Origin: the human T2T-CHM13v2.0 reference genome, Homo sapiens
Reading direction: 5' to 3' (one strand)
Length of the DNA: 64,000 bases
Assembly (NCBI RefSeq): GCF_009914755.1
Contig: NC_060931.1
The notes under the pieces are model-generated. The model worked only from the letters and a program-made list of their open reading frames with translations, had not been told where the DNA came from and ran no database searches. Below, one piece after another: positions 1-13,128 of this stretch (position 1 is the stretch's first letter; each line of letters begins with the position of its first letter). Position numbers and translations under genes: made by a program.

Positions 1-838
1 AGAATAGAAAGGATCAGGAGGAAGACACTCTAATATTCTCATAAGGTTTCCTTTGCAGGGGCCTGTTTTGCTCTTACTTTTTAATATTACTGGGACTTGG
101 CCTTAGCAATTCTAGTTTACGTAACTGACTAAAACTTTCCAGAATAATTCTGTCCCAGAATTTTTAGCAACTTTGGTGACACAATTTAAGGAACTATGAT
201 TTTCTTTGATATGCATATGTTCAAGTCTGTTTTTTGTTTTTAGATGTAGTCCTGATTGTACCCTTTACTTGATAATGAAGAATTGCATTCTTCCTGAGTA
301 GTTGACAGCATCTATGTTTTTATCTAAACAATAATTTTCTAACATACTTTCTTTCTCAAACTGTCATTCTTCTATATATACACCGTATTATTGAAAATTG
401 GGCTTCTCTAATGAGATGGCCAGATTATGACAAATCATGTGCATCTTGATATGTTTAGTTTCATGGAGAGACATTAACCAACAACAGGAGACAAGCAGAG
501 CTCAGGGTTTTTTTATTGTACCTGAAATTTCAGTATAAATGGATTTCTTTGAAGCCTCTTCTCCCATCTGTGTACTGTTCAAATTAGCAGTCCAGAGGAC
601 AAGTCTGTTTCCCTCACAGTATGGTACCTTCAGCCCAAAACTGCAGGAGAAAGGCTAATACTGATGCCCTCTATGGATAAACAAAGGAAATTCCAGGAAC
701 CACTGGGCCTTTTATGCCTCTCCTTAAATTGCACCTCTGCACTTAACAGCATCCAAAGGGAAACATACTGTGCAGAATGTTTCAGTGCTCTGAGCAGCTC
801 AGAATACCAGAAGGAGAAAGGAGAAGCCATATGCCAGC
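1..838 (-). pseudogene. Fossil coding exon running off the window start
   Basis: Acceptor cttttctgaactttctacttag at 839-840. The phase-1 frame opens directly into ORF 630..830. After one frameshift, a single frame 654->1 gives 218 codons with 6 stops (..TANLNSTQMGEEASKKSIYTEISG..QFEKESMLENYCLDKNIDAVNYSG..RILECLPPDPFYS). Confidence 0.55.
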
Positions 839-1647
839 CTAAGTAGAAAGTTCAGAAAAGGGCCCTTGTGTTTTATAAAGTAATTACATCAGTGGTAACG
901 TTTTGCTTAACTTGAACAGCCATGGAAACTAAAGTACACTTAGGAGAGATGAATCCACATTTCACTGAGAAACATGTGGTTAGGTAGTTCTCTGTGATAT
1001 CATTAAGTGATGCATTATTTATTCTTCTAAAGCCTGTAGGATAACTATCTCCTTTTTCAGTTCATGACTGTATTATGCTAAGCTCTGAGCTGTAAGAAAC
1101 AGTATAGAGGAGAACAGGCTTGCATGTGGTTGGGGGTGGGGGATTATCAGAGAATCTGGCGCTGTGTCTCACAGGGCTTTAGCTGTGTGATCAGATGAGT
1201 GATGCTACATAGAGCCAGTCATTTAATATGTGACTAGTGATGTACATATTGGAAACCATTCTCAAAACTGGCCTTTGGCAAACAATCTTAAAGGGAAGAG
1301 GTTGCTGTGTTTCTCTAGTGACATTTATAGTACTCGTGTCAGTGTGGTGCTTCACTTTTAGTTATGCCCATCAAGAATTCAGTGTTCCACATTCAGTCAA
1401 GTTGGATGCTAAAATTCAAATGGTAGCATCAACAACTTGGTCGGGAAAATGATCACAGAAAGGATAAAAGTAATATATATCCTTGGAAAAAATATGTGTG
1501 CTAAAGTTTTCCCATGCACTCTCAGCCGAAGAAGTGAGATCTCATAAAACATGCCCTAAATATTTTCTCCCATATATATTTGAGATTTGAAAGATGATTT
1601 ATTAACAGTGTTTCTCCTGGGAAAATGTTTATTGTTTGAAGTTAAAC

Positions 1648-1852
1648 CTCATGATTTCCTTCCTTTAAGTCCCAGCTATCTTGGGTGGCTGTGTTAGTCT
1701 CGGTGGCCGGCTTCTCAGTTGTACTACATTGTGCATGAATTGGGCACACAGCTAAGAGCCTTGAGCTGAGATGGAACTGCAAAACCACGTATAAGCATTG
1801 CATCCAAAGTAAAAAATTTGTGGTTGATTTTCTCTTCTGATATTGTGCTTTC
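1648..1852 (-). pseudogene. Candidate fossil exon
   Basis: Acceptor tttcttttatcctag (1853-1854) and weak donor GAG|GTTTAA. ORF 1642..1911 is open across the whole segment. Confidence 0.35.
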
Positions 1853-2134
1853 CTAGGATAAAAGAAATTGCATGCAATGATACTTGTAAGAGTGGGTATT
1901 TTCAATGCCATTTATCTGTGAGCTGTTGAAAAAGGCCTTAAAGTTGGCTCAGGGATTCCTCCATGCTATAGAATGTACTATATTGTGTATTTCTTTTCCT
2001 TTCTGTGATCTTTCTCACAGAAACATGCATTATAAGATTTTTTTCTTTCAAATTGCCATCCAGTTTGACTTGATTAGAATTTATGGCAGTAGAGTCGCTT
2101 TCAATGACAAAAGGATAAAGAACTAAATTGTCAC

Positions 2135-2406
2135 CCCTTGAGACAGTGGTCTCTGCAGGTCAGCGTGGAGGTCATTGCAGGGCATTATGGGGACTGCACT
2201 TGGGGGTGAGGCTGCCTCATGCCCATGCATCAGTGGAGGCCTTCATTATGGGATCACTGTCTTCATTACTTTATTTAAACGTCTCTCTCCAGGCTTCAGT
2301 ACCTTGGGTATTTATAATATTCTGATTAACTATTCTGGAGCCAGTAATCAGTACCAAGAGCTTAAACCCAAGAGGGATTTAGCTTGGAGGTGATGAGGTA
2401 AATTCC
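2135..2406 (-). pseudogene. Candidate fossil exon
   Basis: Acceptor catttctctag (2407-2408) and donor GGG|GTGACA (phase 1). Locally GC-richer; two plus-strand shadow ORFs; peptide-like frames (SNEDSDPIMKASTDAWA, PAETTVSRG). Confidence 0.35.
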
Positions 2407-4334
2407 CTAGAGAAATGTATTTATTTAAAATATGTATCATGCTTCTATATTTTTAAAAGTTTCTATATCAATTGAAAATTTATACCCCTTTTCACCAAAG
2501 AAAGTTTTGCTAAAGAAATATTAAAAGTGTATTTTTTAAATCAACTAAATAATTTGGTAATAGATTTATGCAAAAACTGTTATTTAAAAGAAATCTGTAG
2601 AAACCTGTATTTGTGGAAGTAAGTGAGATGCATAAGGTATTTGTCAAAAATCAGTTATGGTTTAATAGTCAAACAAACCCTTGTCATGCTGCTGACTACT
2701 TGAGTGAAAAAAAAAATGCACATTTGGATACAGTTCTTCCATTTAAGAAAATCTAATGCACTGGGGTATTTTTAAAAAAATCAGTGAGAGGCTGTGTGCA
2801 TTTGGACAATTTTAGTTTAGTAGATTCCCCGCCCCGCCCCAGAAAAACCACCGTAATGCTGCATTGATAAATAAATCCACTTTAAATAACATTCATTTGT
2901 AAGCTTTGAAATAAAAATAAATCCATAGAGAGAGGCACTGGTGTTCAAACTTTTCACCATATTTGTTTGTGGAGCTGCTCATTTCTAAGTGCACTTCAAT
3001 GGGGGACAGTGCACAATATGTGTCAGAATCGTCAGTGGGGACCTTCCCTTGTGCCTGCCTTTGCTAGCTCTTTGCTATGCCTGGGGTGCTCAGGCCAGGC
3101 CTCTGTTTAAAGCAGGAAGTTCAATATTGCAGTGTCCAAGGATACTCCATGGTAGCACATTAGCAAGTCAAAATACTGATATGGTTTTACTTTTTTCTCC
3201 CCTTTTATTTTGATTACTGTAATTCTTATATTTTGTTGTTGTCATTAAACGGTCCTAAAAACAACAGGAAATAAGGTATTAGAAATGAGATTAATCTGTA
3301 CATCATCCCTCCTTTAAATGATCCCATTTTAGTCTCTTGAATGTCTTGGATGTTTCTGACTTAAAGGTTACATGGTATTACAGTGTTTTTGTAGTTCACC
3401 CAGCCCAGTTTATGTCATAATTAATAAATAGAGGTGCATTCCAGATTCAAGCTCCCAAGGCTCAGCCCTTAAGAAGATTGCTTTCGCTCTTAATTACCTG
3501 CTTTAATTATACAGCTAGCATTCCCCTTCTCAAGAATTGACCAAATACGTTTTTCTCCCACTTCAACGTTGAGATTTCACTTGACCGTTTCAAGTGGACC
3601 TTGTTTGTTATGAGACAGCCAACAGTTAATTTGTGAGAGAACTGGCACTTTCTTTGATTGACGACCTTGCTGGTTTATATTTGGGGATTAATAATACATC
3701 AGACATTCACACATTAAAGAGAAAGTAAATGTGAAGAGGAAGGGTAGAAGGTTCAGTTCTGCTACTGGGCTGCCCTGATTATTCAGGCCTTCCCTGGGAA
3801 TGCAGAGGCAATCGGAGAAGCAGGCACATTTGCCCAAATATGCACCTGGCTCCATTTAACATGTTTCTTGATTTTTTATGCTAAAGAAAAAGATAGCAAA
3901 GTGTTTATACCAAACTGGCACCCTGTCAGGGGGCAATCTGTATAAAGTTTCCCGCTGTCAGGTTAATAAATTTTTAAAAAATATCCAAAGGCAGAGGTAG
4001 CTAGAGAAAGCTCATAGTAACAGTTGCCATTCTCCAGCGGATGGGTTTCTCTTTAATATCCAGCCTGGCTCTGGAATTTTCTTGTTTGTTGTCTTCCTGG
4101 GTTCTGTACTTAGCTGGTGTTTTTGTTCAGCTTTTCTTTTATTCATGCCATTTCAGTCTTACTTTTTAAATGTTTATCTTTTTAAATTTCAAATGTCTTT
4201 TCTTTGAGAAACAAGTAAGCATAATTTGTTTTAATTTTTTATATGGTATTTTGTAGTTGAACATATACTTTGTCATGCTATGACTCTGAATGAGCTTCTA
4301 AATCTATCAACACTGGGCTTTTCTTTGGGAATAC

Positions 4335-4545
4335 CTTCAAGTAATATTTATTCATAAAGGAGTATCTGTGCTTTGACAATATGGGGGCTTCTGATGAAGT
4401 CGATTATTAAACATGTTGATCTGATTCTTAATCTTTTCAATGTAAACTTTCACCTCCTGATTGTCAAAGTCAGATTTCATAAAAAGGAAACAAGGGTGGA
4501 CTTGTTTGGAGACATCTCCTACTCTGTGCTGTGACACTTTATGAG
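4335..4545 (-). pseudogene. Candidate fossil exon
   Basis: Acceptor catttttgatag (4546-4547). Phase-1 frame open about 63 codons (HKVSQHRVGDVSKQ..SDFDNQEVKVYIEKIKNQINMFNNRLHQKP). Donor AAG|GTATTC; 211 nt = 3n+1. Confidence 0.4.
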
Positions 4546-7197
4546 CTATCAAAAATGGATTAAGCCCTTTTAGTGTGAATGCAGAGGTCAGAAAGAATAA
4601 CATTAGATCTCTTGAGGCTAAAGAAAGTTTGTCATTCGCAGAGAAATGGAAATTAACTTTGTTTTATAAGTATTCCAGGATAATTTTTTAAAACTACCTA
4701 ACCAAGATGCATACCCCCAAGATCGCTTCTTAATAATTAGCTTCCACTTTAAAAAATTTCCTAGTATGTTATATGAATGTCTATATTTTATTTGAGGATG
4801 GAAAAGAAAATCCATGCCCAAACTTCTCTTATAGTTTTTCCTTCTTAAGTGATTTTAAGGTCTTATATGTAACAAGAATATATTGTGATTTTTTTTAAAT
4901 TAAAAAATTAGCTACCTGGAACAATATAACTAATAGTCAAAGCAAGTCACTATTATTGGAGGACCACACTGCCATTAAAACTATTTGAAAATATAAGGGG
5001 AAAATGATCAGATTATAATTAGAGAAACTAAGTAATATAATTATACATGAACTAAATGCTTCAGAGATTTTCTATACAAAAGACCATTTGAAAATGGGAC
5101 TGTATAATGAAATCTGCATTCATTAAGATGGTTAAAAATGTTCTTAGTAAATAACCAAAATAAAACCTGTTAGTTTAGCTCACAAATGAAGTAGAATATG
5201 AAGGTATTTTTAGGATACTTATGATGTCCCAATGATAGCCAACATGAAACAGTTTCACAATTTAATGAATACGTGTATCCTGCCATATATTGTTTGGCAT
5301 TAAGTAGTTTTCTTAGTGTTTCATCTTTTCCTGTAAAATAATTAGTGTTTCTTGGGATTGACTGATGTACCTTCCAAATATTTTGTATTTCTTTAATTTC
5401 ATCCTATTAATGAGAAAAAAAGCATAATTATGACAGAAGTTTGTGAAAGCCAAGAAATTCATATTTAAAGACTGATATTAACACAGTGTTTTAAAATAGC
5501 AATGCAAATTTATCCATTTCCTTACCACTTCCATACTTTATTTTTGTTTCCCTATATTTTCTTTCTTAGGCACTGTGAGTGCACAGTGAAAAAAGTGTAA
5601 TGCTATCTGTATAAAATATTTGTGTGTGTCTATGGTCTGCTTTTCTCCATATTTTCTTCATGCACATATAATGCTTCAAATTGTCTTACTGAATCTGTAG
5701 TATGTATGTATTTTCTCTATTATAAAACTAACAAAGACTTATTTATAATAATAAGCTTTCTTTTAGTTCATGCTATCCATCCATCATTCAAATGTACTTC
5801 TCCTGTATATTTAAAAAATAGTTCCCTGATAAATTTATCAAAATTAATAGCTTACCAAAAAAGGGAAACTAGTTATACTGTAGTATTGCTTCAGCTATAC
5901 TTGGGCTAGAATCCAAGTTCCAGTGTCTTCTTCGATGCTGCTATTTACTGAGCACGGGAGACAAGAAGATTCCTCAGGATTTGCGCAGTTTAATTCAGTA
6001 AAGAAATCTGGGGTTTTTGGACAACTTGACTTATAGAAAATATATGTATTTTTAAAGCATACCAACTTACCCAAGCTAGGGAAGACTCTTGGGATCTAAA
6101 TATTGGGAATCTAAATATTTGTCTATTTCTGGGATAGACATATATCACAATATAAATATTTATCCTTTTCTTTTTTTAAGTCAAAGGCATTTTATTCAAT
6201 AGTTATTAAGCACAATTTTTTGTTACACATTCCTGTAAGGATTATATGCGCCTATATATCAAGGTAGAGTGAGTGATTGGTGTACAATAAAGAAATCATA
6301 TTTTAAACATTTACTATTAATGTGGTATTATTAATCTCCTTTTGCAGTTCTTCATGACCACATATGTGGTGATTTGTCTTTTAATACCAATATGGCAAGA
6401 TTTATTTTTACAAATTAATGATTTGGGGTGACTTCCTGCAGGAGGGAATCATCACTCTCAAAGCAGAAGAGAAGCTAAGGGGTTAATATGATTTAAAAAT
6501 GCAAATATTTGAAGCTGTTTTAAAAGCATGAAAAATTATTATTGCACATGACTTTTTGCTCAAATTGACCCAGGGTAAAGGAGAATAAAAAGTCAAATGG
6601 AAACCCACATGTTCCTGTATTTAAAAATGTATACACATGGAAGTCATGTGGGGAGTGAAATGCACTTCATCAAAACTGGCATTTTTTTCAATATACCTAC
6701 ATCATTTCCCAAAATATTGCAAAATAGAAATGTGTCAGAAAGGACGCTTGCTATTTGCAAAAGGAGAAGCATGCAAAAAATATTGCATGAAACTCCTATT
6801 TCAACGGATCCATTTAATTAAATCCATACACTATTCTATAATCTATGAATGGGTAAATATCCAGAACAAGGATCCTCTCAGTTATGAGGGAAAACTTTCA
6901 CAAACTTTTGGAAGGAACATATGTCACTGTTTTAAGTGTTGATTGGCTCATTTTATTCTGATTCCTAAGATGAAGGCAGGTTTTAGTCTTAAGCCTTACC
7001 CAAGAAATTGCTCCAATTTTCAGGTAGCCTAGTTGATTTCTTTGCTCTAGTTTGAATATTTACTTCTCCCATTAATTATATCCTGTACTCCTAGTAATTT
7101 TCTAACAAGCCAACTGGAATCTGCAGGCCATCAGAAAAGTGTTAAAAATTATGCCTCGTGTTCTAAAAGGAATTAATGTCTACAGCTGCCTGCTTAC

Positions 7198-7282
7198 AAA
7201 AAAAGAGCTGGTCACATTGGAGATTGCTGATGGCATCGAGGTGGTTGCAGTAGCCTAGAATGGTGGCTACACGTCTTGTCAT
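7198..7282 (-). pseudogene. Candidate small fossil exon
   Basis: Acceptor tgatactctacag (7283-7284) and donor TTT|GTAAGC. Phase-1 frame DKTCSHHSRLLQPPRCHQQSPM*PALF; 85 nt, with a T-run that could explain the +1. Confidence 0.3.
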
Positions 7283-9400
7283 CTGTAGAGTATCAATATG
7301 TTTTTATAATGATACAATAACCTGAACCCTGTAACGGTTTATGGTCCTTTTGAGAATTCTTATGGATTCTTAGAGTGACAGAGGTCTGAGAAAAGATCTT
7401 GAAAGCTTTCACAAAATCTGGCTGGGTGACAGAAAACTAGCAGGACTGTGATTTAGCCGCTAAGAAATCCTGTTGACCAGGAACATCATTAAACTTTTAA
7501 GTTAAAACAAGAACCACAAAACAAATGGTAGATGCAAAGGGTAAGGGGTACCCAAAGTGGCAGCAAAAATTAAAACGTGCCGAAGATTCTTAGATAAAAG
7601 GCAAAATGCAGCAAGCCCATTGTTGATCTTGATCTCCTACTTAGAAATAAGCATTTTTTAATATACCATTCTGAATATTGCAATGTGTGTTGGAAATCTG
7701 TATTCATGCATTTCCTTTATGGAATCTGTCAGAACTGATTGTTGCTCTTTCATTTTCTCTGGCTATTTTTAGTCAATGATAAATAAAGAACTTGAATTTT
7801 GAATCTGGCACCAGTGAGATATAGAACCAGAAACAGCAGGAAATAACCACGATGAGTAACTTCACATCAGTATCTGCACGGAGAGCTCAGTCCTCTTAAC
7901 ATTTGTAATACTGCTAATTTCTATGGGCTTTTTAAAATACTTCCACATGAGCTCTCAAAACCCATAAAAGTGTGGCATGTAAAGTAAATTGTTTGTCACT
8001 TGCCGACGACCTGCCATATTTATTGTCAGGAGAAATGGACATTAGTTGGAAAAGCAGTTGTTAAAGGCCAAACAATTTTTAAAGATGGCAAAGATGCACG
8101 AGGGTTTTCCTTTTTCTAACAATGAGCCACCCCTTCAGACATCAAAAGACAAGATAATAAGACACTTCAAGCACAATTCAAGATTATATTCAACATCTAA
8201 AGGCTCATCTCTTGTCAGTTTGCATTTACTCTCCCAGGGATGTGATGCTTCTATCATCTTTCTGTCAAGAGGAGTCTGGCAGAAGAAGCGAGGGCTCTTA
8301 TTTCACACACTTAGGGTTTTTTATCAAATGGCCCACACTCGTTCTGATTCAGCCAAAATGGGGGCATAATTTGAAGAAGGTCATGCACAAGTACAAAAAT
8401 CTCATATTGATTTGTGTGATTAGAAGGCATTAAAATTGCACATTTACGTTAGTTGCTGAGATGTTTTGTCAGTTTATTTGGTAATACACTTTTGCAGCCT
8501 AGAAAAAAAAAATGACTTAAAATTTAAAAATAGATGGCTGAAAGCCGAAATGGTTTGTTTTAATGTGGCTATGTTTGAACGTTTAGCAAGTGAACATAAA
8601 AATAATGTAAAGCTTTTAGTTTAACAATATTTGAAATTAGCTTATATAATGAAATACTTCATGCAACATAAAAGCAAAATTGCACAACTGTGCATATCAG
8701 GTGAAACAAATATATATGTGGAATTATTTTTTAAATACTTTAAAAATTGATTTCATATCTTTAATATATAGATAAAAAGTGATGACATTTTCAATATAAA
8801 TTTAATTATGAAGCTGTTTTACAATGGTTATCAAGTTTTTAACATTTTGCACTCTTTGAAATTACAGTGTCATTATATTTGTCATTTTATGCCATTCTTA
8901 GTATATATGCCCTTTTCCAGAGAGGGTACTAAAGAATAAATAAAAGGGTTTTTATTATTATTATTATTCTCTGTCAAAATTCATCACATTTCCTTCTTTG
9001 CTCTCTGACAGTCACAAAGCCATACAAAGAAACATTCTATTTTGGTAGGGGCATGTTTATAGAAGTTAGAAGAACAATCTTTTCCTCTCAAAATAAAACA
9101 ATTGATGAAAATAAAACCATGATATCCTGGGATCATTTCTATATTGAATCTTTGAAATTACTTTTCCTAGGAATTTTCATCAACTCTCTGTTGTCTCCAC
9201 TTCTTATGTTTTTCTCCTTTGCTGTGAAGTGTTTTGAAACTGGATTTCTCACTTTTGTGCCACTTTCAAAACAAAGGAGAGGTACATATATACTGTGTAG
9301 TTACAGTGTAGAATAGAAGTGAAAACCCATAATTTGCCCTATTTATTAAATGAGTTTTTTCTATTCAATACAGTTTATGTATTCAACATGGAACAGTGAA

Positions 9401-9600
9401 TTGATCCATTCAATAAATGTTTGTTGAGCACCTGCTCTGTGGTAGGGGCTGTGCTGTGTCCTGAGGACTCAGTAGAGAAGACACCACATAGAATTGATCA
9501 CCTAGCTCACCCACTGAAAGGTATACTGAAGATGCAAAACTGAACAAGACATGGGGACCCCACCCTGAAATAGCCCACAATCAGCATCATACATTGACAT
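9401..9600 (-). mobile_element. L2 LINE 3' fragment
   Basis: cattcaataaatgtttgttgagcacctgctctgtg, antisense L2 3' end motif. Confidence 0.65.
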
Positions 9601-9935
9601 TCTATTTTACTTGATCATTTCTGGTAGCTTTTTAGGCAATTTTAAGCCTTCGAAACCATACTTTTCAAGAGTTGTTTGTTGGTTAGAAACCTCATTTGAG
9701 AAAAAAACTATTATCTCCAAAAAGTAGGGAAGAAGAAAGGAGTATTAAGCGGTTTGTGACAAATGACATTAGCAATGTTTTCGTCACAGGGTTTGGTGCA
9801 TATGCCGTGGAACACAATTGCTCTTCTTTAGGGATTGTCTCTTAATCATGTCCAAAAGGAGGATGAATTAGATTATTTCTTCCTGCCTGTCTTTTCTGCC
9901 TTTATTCTCCTCCCAAAATTCTTGTTTGTCTTATA

Positions 9936-10335
9936 TATTTTTTATTTTTTTATTTTTATTTACTTACGTTTTTACATGTGTTCTCTCAGAAGCCAATACA
10001 TTTTATTTATTTATTCATTCATTTATTTATTTTATTTTTATTATTTTTCTGAGACAAGGTCTTGCTCTATCACCCAGGCTGGAGTACGGTGGTATGATCA
10101 TGGCTGCAGCCTCAATCTCCTGGGCTCAAGCGATCCTCCCACCTCAGCCTCCTGAGTAGCTGGTACTACAGGCGTGTACCATCACACTCAGCTAATTTTT
10201 TTTTTTTTAATTTGCAAGAGAGGGGGGGTCTCACTTTGTTGCTTAGGCTGGTCTTGAACTCCTGGCCTCAAGCTATCCTGCTACCTTGGTCTCTCAAACT
10301 GTTGGGATTACAGGCATGAGCCACTGCACCTGGCC
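9936..10335 (-). mobile_element. AluJ with extended bipartite tail
   Basis: Dimeric Alu body about 10049-10335 with J-type diagnostics; candidate TSD ttgtcttata at 9926-9935 and 10337-10346. Confidence 0.92.
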
Positions 10336-10354
10336 ATTGTCTTATACTATAAAG

Positions 10355-10575
10355 TAGTGCTTCAAGGCTCTGGAGTCAGGTTGTGTGGGCTTGAGTCCGG
10401 CTCTACCACTTTTTCACTGGCTGGGTAAGGTAATAACATGTTGAAGCTTCAGCTTCCCCATCTCTGCATGGAGGTATTGCTGGTACGCCACAGGGCAATC
10501 TTGAGCTTGAAGTGAAATGACACATGTAAAAGCCTATAGAGTACCTGGAATGTAACCAGAGCTCAATGAATATCA
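10355..10575 (+). mobile_element. MIR SINE
   Basis: ggctctggagtcag..ggctctaccact..cttcagcttccccatctctg..gctcaatgaatat, MIR core and tail. Confidence 0.75.
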
Positions 10576-10582
10576 CACGTTG

Positions 10583-11287
10583 TTAAGAGTTGAAAATGTA
10601 CTTGCTATGTTTAGAAAGAATCTGATTAATTTTGGGCAGCAGATACCATAAAACCAACAAAAATTGTGGCCTTTGGAAGTAACCATGCTTCTCCATAAGG
10701 AAACATGAGCCCCCAAGGGTCCTCCTGATCAAAGAAAGGTTCTGGGGATCTTTGCTTCCTAATGGCAACACCCCTTCTTCAGTCTTTGCTTTCTCTTCAA
10801 GTTCATTCAGGAAAGAATTCAGACTCATAAATGGAGGTTCTACAGGGGACAATAGTTCACTCTCTTCATCTTATGGAGAGTACATAAGTGAGGTGGTGAG
10901 CAAGGATGGAACAGGGCAGTTACACATCTCACTCTTCTCTAAATTTAAAATGTTGGAAGGTGTGATTCTTTCAAATAATAGCGATTTTAAAAATAATGTT
11001 GGCCTTGAGAAGTGTTATGAAGCCAGATGTCTGTGGGCGGCAGCAAATGCCTTTCTCCCTGGTGGTGTGGTCAGATACCCTGGGGGCAGCCTGCCTTTGG
11101 GTGGAGTTCCTCCCAGGGGCATCCGCTGTCCCTCCCTCCCTCCAAGGGAATTTGCCAGCTCCAGGCCAAGCACTTCTATCTCTCTGCCTTGACCACACTG
11201 TTGCCCATGTTGGGAACAGAGCATTTGTCTCTAGTTAAATGTCCAGAGATCTTTCATAGGATGCTTTTGTGACCTAATCAGGGTAAA
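10583..11287 (-). pseudogene. Fossil coding exon
   Basis: Acceptor tttctctctctctgaaattttctgtag (11288-11289). ORFs 11015..11224 and 10583..10852 share one frame: 214 codons with only two internal TAA (..GGTPPKGRLPPGYLTTPPGRKAF..DEESELLSPVEPPFMSLNSFLNELEEKAK..). A 146-aa antisense shadow ORF lies on +. A weak phase-1 donor is possible at 10684. Confidence 0.62.
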
Positions 11288-11349
11288 CTACAGAAAATTT
11301 CAGAGAGAGAGAAACATTCCATTGAAGTGTTATGACGATTTTAGAAAAA

Positions 11350-11535
11350 TGGTGCTGCAGAACGATGGTAACCTGGGTTTGAATCACCACCCTTGACCTA
11401 GGCACAAGGCTATGAGCTTATGTCTCCGTTTCCTCTTCTGAAACATGAGTGTTAAAATACCTATCTGATGGGATGTTGAAGATTATGTAAAGGAAGGCAA
11501 ATAAGATGCCTGCACATGGTGGTGTTTAATAATGA
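11350..11535 (+). mobile_element. MIR SINE inside the inferred 311-bp intron
   Basis: acctgggtttgaatc..tctccgtttcctcttctgaaacatgag..atacctatc MIR core. Confidence 0.7.
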
Positions 11536-12219
11536 AAGCCCCTTCCCCTCACTTCTTAGCCCAATGCGTATTTTTCCAAGGTCTGAGAAGTGACTTATTC
11601 TGATGGGGGTTCTCTTGGGAGCGTGGATCAGAGATTAATGATCAGCAGGGGCTCTGAACGTTAAGATCTCTTTTCTCAACGTAGCTTTCTCCATGAAAGC
11701 CAAAACTCAAGCTAGATGTAGAGAGCATAAGCTTTGCTCTGGAAGCAAGGGATTTGACTAGATTGTGGGTCTTCTCTGTCCCAGCAGAGAGCTCTTTTCT
11801 GCCCCTAAATGGAAGTGCTTCTCTCAAAAAGTTAGTTATGTGTTAGGCATGGGAACATGCCTTCAACTAGAAATTCATGGAGTCCTCATTCCTTAAGGAA
11901 TTTTCATAGCCAATGTTTAATTGGAATTTTCAGATCTTCAACAATGAACCCTTTTCATATATTTTTCAAAAGGAACAAACCAAAAATAAGATGGCAACCT
12001 CAAAAAAATCTATCAGTGCCACACTTCCAAGGGTTTGAACATGCTGTGAATATTTAAGTAGCTTAAATTGACATTTGGAGCCATCATTGGGAAGAAACAT
12101 GTTATAACCTTTGTTGGGAATATTTACACATTTTGGTTGAGATCCGTAAAACCTAGTTCCTCTTATATACACCAAAGTCATCAGGATCAGTAAAAGAACA
12201 TCTTTCTGTTGTTGTTGTT

Positions 12220-12233
12220 GTTGCCATGGCAAC
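12220..12233. promoter_or_regulatory. Perfect palindromic RFX X-box GTTGCCATGGCAAC
   Basis: Exact match to the canonical RFX palindrome; function not shown. Confidence 0.45.
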
Positions 12234-12728
12234 CCCACACATTTTTAATTACATATTCATGCCCTATGCTCATTTCTTAGAAATCATTGGCACTTCTAAA
12301 ACCACTCATTTAACATGTGTCGATCAATGTCAATAAATATATTGTGATATTGAAAAATATTAAATCATGGTTTCAGATTGAATTAATGTACATGTTTGTG
12401 TTAATGTTAAGTAGAAGAGACAAACTCTCTTTTAAGCCAGTGGCAATGACCATCCCCTTCATATAATGTGACAGTTTTGACTTTCCTCACTGAATTTATA
12501 GCTGTATCGCCCCTTAGATGTCCCAGATGTTACTACTGTTCCCTCTGTGGTTTTGTCATTGGGTAACCAAACTTAAATCTGTCTCCACTTGGCTGCACCC
12601 CTGAGCAGTGTCAGCGTGGAAAGAATGATGTTGGGAAAACAAATACAAGGTTGGGCTACCTCGTACACAGGAATGAAAATCCACATCTTCATTCTATGGC
12701 ATGAATTGGGTCTAGCCTTCTTTACTGA

Positions 12729-13128
<400 letters not shown>

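Noticed and set aside
10752-11192. Longest ORF in the track (146 aa, plus strand)
   Set aside because: TTG start, S/F/G-rich, and antisense to the minus-strand fossil exon; best explained as a shadow ORF. The same applies to 15244..15582, 51328..51543, 56384..56764 and 62749..62985.
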